Below are positions 56,638-64,000 of a stretch of 64,000 nt of DNA, one piece after another (position 1 is the first letter of the stretch; each line of letters opens with the position of its first letter). The stretch comes from an uncultured Verrucomicrobiota bacterium (GTDB taxonomy: Bacteria; Verrucomicrobiota; Kiritimatiellia; PWTM01): NCBI GenBank assembly GCA_964423465.1, contig CAYRFK010000001.1, forward strand, positions 12,987 to 76,986. The letters run 5' to 3'. The translations under genes were made by a program, and so were the position numbers. Under the pieces are notes generated by a model. It saw nothing but the letters and a program-made list of their open reading frames with translations, did no database searches and was not told where the DNA came from.

Positions 56638-57315
56638 ATGAACGCACCCATGCATGCAAGCGCGGAGCGAAGGAAGCTGTTCATTCCGGTCCTGTCCGCG
56701 GAGCCGGAGATCGCCGAGCATTTTGTGCGGGCGATCCTGGACGATCCGGAGACCACGGCCGGCGCGGTTGATCTCAGCCATTACCATGCGTTTCTCGAGG
56801 CGATCCCCCCGGCCGAGGCCGCACAGGCGGGCGCCAGGGTCAAGCTTCAGCAGGCGGATGCCTTGGTCTGGCTGGTCCATTTTCTGGATGCGCGGTCGAT
56901 CGAGGACGCCGGGAATCTGATGCAGCGTGTGCTGGCCGACCGGGCGGTGCCGATGGGCGTGTTCATCTACCGGCCGGAGGCGGAGCGCCAGTTCAAGATC
57001 TCCTGTAGCGAATGCGGCCAGAAGCTCTGGGTGATGGAGCATGAAATCGGCATGCGCGGCCGCTGCGTCAATTGCCGCCGTCCGATGGTGATCCCCACGC
57101 CGTCCGAATACCTGCGACGCACGTTTCAGCTTCCGGATTCCGTTCCGGTGCTGAACGTCGTCCGTAGCGACGCATCCCTTTGCCGCGGGGCACTGGAGAA
57201 TCTGTTGGCCCGCACCGGACCGGGGCTTCACGCCGGGCACGGGATGCTGCCGGAGGACTTCCTCAAGCAAGCCACGGTTCCGATCCAGATCGATGTCAGC
57301 ATGATCGGATCGTAG
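56638..57315 (+). CDS. Hypothetical protein with CxxC...CxxC zinc-ribbon (225 aa)
   Basis: The CSECGQKLWVMEHEIGMRGRCVNCRR element is present. No family was recognised. Confidence 0.4.
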   Translation: MNAPMHASAERRKLFIPVLSAEPEIAEHFVRAILDDPETTAGAVDLSHYHAFLEAIPPAEAAQAGARVKLQQADALVWLVHFLDARSIEDAGNLMQRVLADRAVPMGVFIYRPEAERQFKISCSECGQKLWVMEHEIGMRGRCVNCRRPMVIPTPSEYLRRTFQLPDSVPVLNVVRSDASLCRGALENLLARTGPGLHAGHGMLPEDFLKQATVPIQIDVSMIGS

Positions 57316-57343
57316 GGAACACCCCGCCTCGGATCGCACCGGC

Positions 57344-59716
57344 TCAGGGTGCGACCGCCATCCGCATCAGCATGAGATCGACGACGGGCTGGGCGATCTG
57401 GAGGCTGTAACGTCCCAGAGAACGACCCGACTCGGGTGCGCCGGGATCCATGACCTCCGTGTCGATCTTCACCATCCCGTTCGCACTGCGCACACGGTGG
57501 GCGATGCGATGGCCGGGCCGCTCGCGGATCCGGCCGCCGATCGGATCGTAGATGCTCCACTTTGGCGCGAAGAGTTCCTCGGGGAGCGTCAACGTCGCGG
57601 ACGGCGTCTCGTCCATCCACTGCACCCCGACCGCGTGGCCCAGCGTGTCCACCAGCAGCCGTCCACCCTTGAATGGCGGGTTCGCACTGCCCGATTCGAA
57701 GGTGAAGAACCTCAGGCTGCGCTCGGGGAACCCGGGGAAGGTCAGATCGTCCCCCGTGCCGCCCATCGGGGCGATCCCGAGACGACGCGTCACGCCGTCC
57801 ATCTTCTCCAAGTACGGAATACCCGGATGGATCATCAGCCCCGGCTTCGGCTCGGTGTCGATCGCCGGCTTTCCATGGGACTGGAGCAGATCGCGCAATT
57901 CGCGGACGAGACTGGCTCCGACACGGATCGGCGAATTCCACGCCGGGGCCAGCTTGAGGCTTTCCGTGATCGCGGCCGGTGGCCGGGAGACATCCGGAAG
58001 CGCCGGCCGGGGAATGGACCCGATCTGGACCGAAGAAGGCGGCGCCGGAAGGACCGGCGGTGGCAGGCGTCCTCCCGTCCGTCCATCGGTGATCTTGCCC
58101 GACGCCAGCAGGCTCTGGCGTGCAAAGCGCGCCAGCCCGTAGCACTGCTCCACAAACTTCCGCACGCGACGGTCGCCCGGGAACTGCGGCTCGCACTGTT
58201 CAAAGAGCCGCGCCGCCTCCTCGCTCATGGCCGCAACACGCTCGAGTTGCGATGCATCGTGGGTCTGCTCGAAGGTCTTGAACATGCCGAGCGCCATGTT
58301 GAAGAGCCCGGCCGCCTGCTTGAATTTCGGATACTCCTGAAGAGGATCCCGCTCCGCGGGCGCCGCAGGGGAGCCTGGAGCCGTCTCGGGAGGCCGGTCG
58401 ATCGCGATCTCGGCCAGCGAGGGCGGCGCGGGCCGCGGGCCCAACGGCGGGGCGGGCGGACGGCCCTGAAAATCCGTAACCGACGGGGCGCCGGCGGGAG
58501 GCTGGGGCTGCCCGGCCGCCTCGCGCGCGGCCCATTCCCGGGTGCGGGCGATCTCTTCGGCCGTTCGGGGCCGATCCACGGTGCTCGGATTCCTCCGCAT
58601 GTACTCGCGAACACCGAGAAATCCGCCGATCACGAGAACCAGCCCGATGACCGCCAGGCGGCCACCGGATCCGGAACCGGTGGAGAGCGACGGCGGCGGG
58701 ACGGCGCCCGCGGCAGGGGCCGCCACGACAACCTTCGGCTGTCGAGTGCCTGCGGCACGCCCCTTTCGACCCGCAGGGCCGCCGGGCCGCTGCAGCGCGG
58801 CCGACAGTCCGGGATCGCGCTTGGCACCGCGACGGATGACGCTCGCCCCGGCCTCCGGCCGCTGCCCGGCAGGATCACCGCCGTTGCGCACCGCGGCGAG
58901 ATCGGCCCGAACCGCCGCCCAGTCGGCATGGCGCCGCGCAGGATCGCGCGACATCATCTTCTCTATCAGCCAGCCCGCCCCGCGCGATAGATCCTTGTTC
59001 AGTTCACACGGATCGTCGAGAAAGCCCATCAGATGCTTGTCCAGCGCCTCGGCCGGCGGCCGGTCGCCGAACGGCGCCGTGCCCGTCATCATGTGATACA
59101 GGAGCGCACCGAGCGAATAGACGTCCGCCTTGAAATCGACCACGGCAGCGCCACGCACGAGTTCGGGGGCACTGTAGAACGGCACCGCCCGAAGCAGCCG
59201 AAGAAAATCGGCCACCTGTCCGGCGGCGCGGAGCGGACCGATGCCGGTCTGACCGAGATCCAGAAGCGTGACACGCCCCTCGGGCCACAGGTGAAGGCTC
59301 TCGGGCGTCAGATGCCCATGCCACAGTCCGCCGGAATTCCATGCGGCGTCGAGCGCAGCCGCCGCCTCCCCGATGATGCGAAGGGACTCGGCCTGCGTGA
59401 GCCGCCCCTCCCGGCGAAGCCGCGTACCCAGCGTGATACCATCCGGCCACTCAACCACGCCAAACGCGCGGTGGTCGTCCACCCCCACTTCAATCCCCGG
59501 GGCCAGTCCGGCATGGCGGACGCGCAAAGCCCTGGCCGCTTCGTCGAGATAGCGCGGCTGGACGCTCAACTCGTTCAGGGACTGAAAGGTGACGATGCGG
59601 ACGCGGGCCAGACCCGGGGGCGACTTTCGAAGTGCCAGCCAGGTCTCCCCCAAGTGGTCCGTGCCCACCTTGTCCCGCAACTCGTAATCTTGAAGACCGC
59701 CGCTCATTCGTTCCAT
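57344..59716 (-). CDS. Membrane-anchored Hanks-kinase-like protein, predicted pseudokinase, with large C-terminal extracytoplasmic domain
   Basis: The kinase fold is recognisable (APE-like SAPE, DLG) but the catalytic loop reads HGHLTPES (no Asp), the beta3 Lys is replaced (ARVRIVTF) and the G-loop is degenerate. One TM helix (LAVIGLVLVIGGFLGV) is followed by a ~430-aa C-terminal domain. Confidence 0.6.
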   Translation of the reverse strand: MERMSGGLQDYELRDKVGTDHLGETWLALRKSPPGLARVRIVTFQSLNELSVQPRYLDEAARALRVRHAGLAPGIEVGVDDHRAFGVVEWPDGITLGTRLRREGRLTQAESLRIIGEAAAALDAAWNSGGLWHGHLTPESLHLWPEGRVTLLDLGQTGIGPLRAAGQVADFLRLLRAVPFYSAPELVRGAAVVDFKADVYSLGALLYHMMTGTAPFGDRPPAEALDKHLMGFLDDPCELNKDLSRGAGWLIEKMMSRDPARRHADWAAVRADLAAVRNGGDPAGQRPEAGASVIRRGAKRDPGLSAALQRPGGPAGRKGRAAGTRQPKVVVAAPAAGAVPPPSLSTGSGSGGRLAVIGLVLVIGGFLGVREYMRRNPSTVDRPRTAEEIARTREWAAREAAGQPQPPAGAPSVTDFQGRPPAPPLGPRPAPPSLAEIAIDRPPETAPGSPAAPAERDPLQEYPKFKQAAGLFNMALGMFKTFEQTHDASQLERVAAMSEEAARLFEQCEPQFPGDRRVRKFVEQCYGLARFARQSLLASGKITDGRTGGRLPPPVLPAPPSSVQIGSIPRPALPDVSRPPAAITESLKLAPAWNSPIRVGASLVRELRDLLQSHGKPAIDTEPKPGLMIHPGIPYLEKMDGVTRRLGIAPMGGTGDDLTFPGFPERSLRFFTFESGSANPPFKGGRLLVDTLGHAVGVQWMDETPSATLTLPEELFAPKWSIYDPIGGRIRERPGHRIAHRVRSANGMVKIDTEVMDPGAPESGRSLGRYSLQIAQPVVDLMLMRMAVAP

Positions 59717-59989
59717 TCCGTGAAAGAATTACCGTCCCGAGCCGCCGCCATGTTGCTACGGCACGAGCCAGCAAAGCCTGCATCCTACGGGCAGCCGCTA
59801 CGCCTGTCCAGCGCCACCCGGCACTTGGAACCATGAAGCAGGCTCCGTGCCATCGGAGCTCGAACGAGGAGTGGCCGGCCAGGCATGGAACGACCGGCGC
59901 AGATCGGCGGTCACAGATTAGACTCGCACCGCGCGACGGCACCGGTACTCTTTCCGTGGCCCGCTTGGAGGCGGGAGGGAGAACCGTCC

Positions 59990-61132
59990 ATGCCCGCGAA
60001 GAAAAAGCAGACCGATCCGACCGGCGCCGGGGGGACGAGCCGCGCAACGGCCGCGCGACGGATCGTCGACGTGGCCCGCGAGGTCCGCGACGACATCGTC
60101 CGCAAGGGCCGCAAGCCGTCCATGCGCTTTCCGGTCCGCTCTCTGGCCAACGTCCGCTACGACGTAAAGAAGGGCCACTTCGAGATCCTCGGTCGCCACG
60201 CGACACGCACCCTTTCTTACAACACCGTCAAGACCTTCGCCCAATCGATGCGGCTTCTGGCGACGACGAAGAACGACCTTCTCGACCGCGACGACATCGC
60301 CGGCAAGCGCGAAGTCTACTACAACAGCAAGAGCTGGGGCGAGTGCCGGTTCGACGAGCAACCGGAGAGCGACACGCTGCTCGACGACATCGAGGCCATG
60401 CTCGGCATCAATCGCGAGGTCCTCGGCTACATCCCCGAGGAGCGCGGCGGCGACGTGTGCGGCCCGCTGACCGTCATCGACCGCGACCCGGGCAGCGGCG
60501 AGCCGATCCGGATCGACTGCGCCCGCCTCGGCACCGGCGCGTGGAGCATTCCGTCGCGCGTCGAGCACCTCGCCTTCGAGTCGCGCGCGAAGTTCGTCCT
60601 CGTTGTCGAAACTTCCTCGCTCTTCCAGCGTCTCGTCCACCACCGCTGGTACGAGAAGGCCAAGTGCGTGCTGATCTCGATGAGCGGCGTGCCGACCCGC
60701 GCCTGCCGCCGGTTCGTTCGCCGCCTCTGCGACGACGCCAAGCTGCCCGTGCTCGCCTTCACCGACGGCGACCCCTACGGCTACTGCAACATCTACCGCA
60801 CGCTCAAGGTCGGCTCCGGCCAGGCCGCGCACATCAACCGCCTCTTCTGCGTGCCCCAGGCCCATTACCTCGGCGTGACGCCGCAGGACATCATCGATTA
60901 CGACCTCGAAGACGCCACCCACCCCCTCGAGGAGGCGGACATCAAGCGCGCGAAGGACGCCCTGAAGAACGACCCGTTCGTGAAGCACCATCGCGAATGG
61001 CAGGACACCCTCAACCAGATGCTCACGATGGGCGTCCGTATCGAGCAGCAGGCCTTCGCCAAGCACGGCCTCAACCACGTCATGGACGTCTACCTGCCGG
61101 ACAAACTCAAGAAGGCGAAGTTCCTCCCCTGA
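59990..61132 (+). CDS. DNA topoisomerase VI subunit A / Spo11-family protein (5Y-CAP + TOPRIM)
   Basis: The catalytic-Tyr motif is GKREVYYNSK. The TOPRIM Glu is in FVLVVETSSLFQRL and the DxD is in LPVLAFTDGDPYGYCNIY. The product is 380 aa. The ATG lies 8 nt after a GGAGGGAG RBS. Confidence 0.75.
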   Translation: MPAKKKQTDPTGAGGTSRATAARRIVDVAREVRDDIVRKGRKPSMRFPVRSLANVRYDVKKGHFEILGRHATRTLSYNTVKTFAQSMRLLATTKNDLLDRDDIAGKREVYYNSKSWGECRFDEQPESDTLLDDIEAMLGINREVLGYIPEERGGDVCGPLTVIDRDPGSGEPIRIDCARLGTGAWSIPSRVEHLAFESRAKFVLVVETSSLFQRLVHHRWYEKAKCVLISMSGVPTRACRRFVRRLCDDAKLPVLAFTDGDPYGYCNIYRTLKVGSGQAAHINRLFCVPQAHYLGVTPQDIIDYDLEDATHPLEEADIKRAKDALKNDPFVKHHREWQDTLNQMLTMGVRIEQQAFAKHGLNHVMDVYLPDKLKKAKFLP

Positions 61133-61192
61133 TACAACGGGGATTTGCCACGCTCGTCGCGACGAAGGCTTGGCGAAGGCGGGCGGCGCCGG

Positions 61193-62182
61193 CTAAGCCA
61201 TCCACGGACGCGGGCGGGACTGGGCCGTCTTGATCGCGTCGCGGGCGACGGCGACATCCTCGGCAATCTGGAAGTCGAACATCCCGACCACGCAGAAGTC
61301 GGCGCCGTTATCGAAGGCGTGCTTGAATCCGACCTTGGGCGTCAAGGCACCTGCGGCGAGGACCTTGTAGGCCAGCCATGGTTTCCTGACGTCCTTCATG
61401 AAGGCCACGGTCTCGTCGCAGTCCTTGCACCAGTAGTTGTCGCCGCCCTGGCCGTAGTTGTCGATGATGTCCTTGGTCTGGTCCGGTCGGCGGGCCGAGG
61501 CATACCCGTTCCCATGCAGGGTCTTCATGTAAAAGTCCGGCGCCACGCCGGCCTTCTCGCACAGCATCGGCGTCCGGAGTTCATGGCCCGCGACGCCGCA
61601 GGGCACCTCGTGCGATTGCACCTTCACAACGAAATCGCGGATCTGCGCCAGCCCCGCATCCCCCTCGCGCGACCACCGGTCGCCGAGGTTGCCGACAAGA
61701 AGGATCGCCGTGGCGCCCGCATCGACGGCCTCCTGGATGCACTTGTCCATGCCCTCCGGCTTGCCGTCCAACTGGGCGATGAACTGGATCTTGCCGCCCT
61801 GCGCGGCGTACTTCTTGTAGATCTCCAGAGCCCGGCGGTCCGACGGATTAAAAATCATCGTGTTGACACCCTGCTGCTCGCAGAGCGCCCAAGTCTCCAT
61901 GATCTTCGCCTCGGTGAAGTACGCCTTGAGGAGCTTAGAGACATAAACCAAGTCGCGGCTGTGCGCGTAGCCGCTGATCAGGTTCCCGCCGCAGATGATG
62001 CGGCTGACCGACGCGCCGCCGAGCTTGCCGCAGGGCATGCTTCCGGCGGGCGCGGGCGGGGTCGCGGCCGGAGCCGCCTGGGCCATCAGGTTGCGCTCCT
62101 CGTGGCTGACCACGAGCGGGCTGGCGAGGGTGGCGGCCATTGAGGCCTTGAGGAATGTGCGCCGGCTGCGGTTCGTCGTCAT
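61193..62182 (-). CDS. Tat-exported protein, probable xylose-isomerase-like TIM-barrel (sugar phosphate isomerase/epimerase family)
   Basis: The twin-arginine signal is SRRTFLKASMAATLA. The rest has alternating beta/alpha character. The family call is tentative. Confidence 0.4.
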   Translation of the reverse strand: MTTNRSRRTFLKASMAATLASPLVVSHEERNLMAQAAPAATPPAPAGSMPCGKLGGASVSRIICGGNLISGYAHSRDLVYVSKLLKAYFTEAKIMETWALCEQQGVNTMIFNPSDRRALEIYKKYAAQGGKIQFIAQLDGKPEGMDKCIQEAVDAGATAILLVGNLGDRWSREGDAGLAQIRDFVVKVQSHEVPCGVAGHELRTPMLCEKAGVAPDFYMKTLHGNGYASARRPDQTKDIIDNYGQGGDNYWCKDCDETVAFMKDVRKPWLAYKVLAAGALTPKVGFKHAFDNGADFCVVGMFDFQIAEDVAVARDAIKTAQSRPRPWMA

Positions 62183-62357
62183 ACTGGAGCTCCATGGTTG
62201 GACGCACCCTTATCCCCCGCTTCCACCGCCTTGCCAAGAACGTTCTTCGAGGCCGGGCGCCGTTTTTTGACGGATCCATAACCCTGTGCTAGCCTGCCGT
62301 GCGTGGGGTTTCGAGAACGTGGAACAAGGCTCGGTTCGTTCGCAGGAGGATGCTGCT

Positions 62358-62654
62358 GTGAGCAGGGATGAAGACGATCCGATGATGCATCTGGGCGAAG
62401 GCTGCATGGTGCATGGGGACGACCACATGACCGAGTGCACGGTCTGCGGCGGCGAGTTCTGTCTCCGCTGCCACCCGGGCAACCACATCTGCCCGGACTG
62501 CGCCGACACGCAGTGCATCGAGGACGACACCCGCGTCAAGCCGGCGGAAGGCGATCCGGACGACGAGGATGTCGACCAACTCCTGAAGGAGGCCGACGAA
62601 CTCGGCCTGGATCCGGAGAAGGAAGAGACGAAGGTTGAGGAAGAGCGGGACTGA
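62358..62654 (+). CDS. Small acidic Cys-rich zinc-ribbon protein (99 aa from GTG)
   Basis: Eight Cys lie in C-x2-C/C-x2-C pairs (CMVHGDDHMTECTVCGGEFCLRCHPGNHICPDCADTQC), followed by an acidic tail. The GTG is 8 nt after an AGGAGG RBS. The track ORF starts at an upstream GTG at 62286. Confidence 0.5.
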   Translation: MSRDEDDPMMHLGEGCMVHGDDHMTECTVCGGEFCLRCHPGNHICPDCADTQCIEDDTRVKPAEGDPDDEDVDQLLKEADELGLDPEKEETKVEEERD

Positions 62655-62696
62655 TCGGGCGCCGGCCCGCCGGCTTCCCTCCGGTCCGGCCGCATC

Positions 62697-64000
62697 ATGA
62701 GCGACACGCCGACCCCGATGATGGCGCAGTACCGCCGCCTGCGCGCGGACCTGCCGCCGGATACAATCCTCCTCTTTCATCTCGGCGACTTCTACGAGAT
62801 GTTCTACGACGACGCCGTTGCCGCGGCGCCCATTTTGGACATCGCCCTCACGAAGCGGCAGGCGATGCCCATGTGCGGCGTGCCCGTCCACTCCGCCGAC
62901 GCCTATATCGCCCGCCTCGTCCGCGCCGGGAAAAAGGTCGCGGTGTGCGAGCAGGTGGAGGATCCGTCCAAGGCCAAGGGAATCGTCCGCCGCGACATCA
63001 CGCGGATCGTCACGCCGGGGACCGTGGTCGAGGAGGGCATCCTCGACGCGCGACTGAGCAACTACCTCGCCGGCCTCTGGCGTCGCGGGGACACGTTCGG
63101 CATCGCCCTGCTCGAACTGTCCACCGGGGCCTTCTGGATCGAGGAGCGGGCCGACGCCGACAGCGTTCACGAACTGCTGGCCAAGTACGCCCCGTCCGAG
63201 GTCATCGTTCCCCAGGAACAGCGCGATGCGCTTACCTCAGCGGCCGGGGCCGATGGCCGCATGGTCACACCTGTGGACGACTGGCGCTTCGAACCCGAGG
63301 CCTCGCGCGACGCGCTCCTGCGCCATTTCGGGGTCGTTTCGCTCGACGGCTTCGGCTGCGAGGGTCTCACGGCCGGCGTCGGGGCCGCGGGGGCCGTGCT
63401 GCACTACGTCACGGTCGACCTGCGCCGCCCCGCCGGCCACATCCGCCGCCTGCAGGCGCGGAGCGCATCCGATTTCGTTGTGCTCGACGAGGCGACGGTG
63501 GGCAATCTGGAACTTGTGTCGTCCCGGGGCGGCGGATCGGGGCCGTGCCTGCTCAAGGTCGTCGATGCGACCCGCACCCCGATGGGCGGACGCATGCTGC
63601 GCGAGTGGCTGATGCGTCCGCTCGGCGGCCGCGACGCGATCGGCGAACGCCACGGCGTGGTCGCGGCCCTGTGCGCGGACCGGGATGCCCAGCGCCGGCT
63701 GCGCGAGGCCCTCGGCGGCATTCGCGACATCGAGCGACTGGTCGCCCGCATCAGCGCCGGCGGCGGCAACGCGCGCGACCTGTGCGCCGTGGCGCAGTCA
63801 CTGCGGCACCTGCCCGCCGTCCGCGAGGCGGCGGAGGGTCTCGACGCCCCCCTCGCCCGCCGCCTGGCCGGAGACGTCGAACCGCTGCCCGACCTGCTCG
63901 GCCGCATCGAACAGACGATCGTCGACGAACCGCCGGCCACCGTGCGCGAGGGCGGCATGATCCGCCCCGGCTGCCACGCCGAACTCGACGAACTGCGCAG
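62697..64000 (+). CDS. mutS: DNA mismatch repair protein MutS (5' partial, continues beyond window)
   Basis: The N-terminus is MSDTPTPMMAQYRRLRADLPPDTILLFHLGDFYEMFYDDA. The mismatch-recognition and connector domains are recognisable. No stop occurs within the window. Confidence 0.85.
   Translation, partial: MSDTPTPMMAQYRRLRADLPPDTILLFHLGDFYEMFYDDAVAAAPILDIALTKRQAMPMCGVPVHSADAYIARLVRAGKKVAVCEQVEDPSKAKGIVRRDITRIVTPGTVVEEGILDARLSNYLAGLWRRGDTFGIALLELSTGAFWIEERADADSVHELLAKYAPSEVIVPQEQRDALTSAAGADGRMVTPVDDWRFEPEASRDALLRHFGVVSLDGFGCEGLTAGVGAAGAVLHYVTVDLRRPAGHIRRLQARSASDFVVLDEATVGNLELVSSRGGGSGPCLLKVVDATRTPMGGRMLREWLMRPLGGRDAIGERHGVVAALCADRDAQRRLREALGGIRDIERLVARISAGGGNARDLCAVAQSLRHLPAVREAAEGLDAPLARRLAGDVEPLPDLLGRIEQTIVDEPPATVREGGMIRPGCHAELDELR

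Noticed and set aside
59918-61078. 386-aa minus-strand ORF and the 61145..62143 plus-strand ORF
   Set aside because: They are antisense to the Top6A-like gene and the Tat TIM-barrel gene respectively.

Overview
This 64-kb window is very GC-rich (about 68-70%) and densely coding on both strands. The ORF-track starts include GTG/TTG start codons displayed as M. I can support about 49 protein-coding genes and one tRNA, with no rRNA, CRISPR array, transposase or integrase. The gene content suggests a member of the PVC superphylum (Verrucomicrobiota, Planctomycetota or Kiritimatiellota-like): two DUF1080 proteins, a GH29 fucosidase with FucI, a large FGE-sulfatase/TolB-like/CxxCH fusion, a Tat-exported TIM-barrel protein, LpxI, and a lysine-rich histone-H1-like protein. 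Housekeeping genes include a yejBEF-like peptide ABC importer, an M16C peptidase, lpxI-oxidoreductase-lpxB, pgl, infA, rluA-like, rlmB-like, hisC, accA, rimO, an EF-G paralog and mutS (5' partial). The most unusual region lies at 41.0-45.8 kb, about 4.5 kb from a tRNA-Met. It holds a cytoplasmic alpha/beta-hydrolase-subtilase (S8) fusion gene convergent with an HsdR_N nuclease-SF2 helicase gene that is frameshifted into (or overlapped by) an HNH endonuclease ORF. No methyltransferase or specificity subunit is present, so I read it as a candidate stand-alone nuclease-helicase defence locus. Other notable items: an orphan Top6A/Spo11-family gene with all catalytic residues; two membrane Hanks-type kinases, one of which starts the lpxI operon and the other of which is a pseudokinase; three tandem genes for secreted coiled-coil/TPR proteins; several intergenic heptanucleotide tandem-repeat arrays; a 30-bp inverted repeat family (AAGACGCAAAG...) between convergent genes; and a tandem double palindrome operator candidate.
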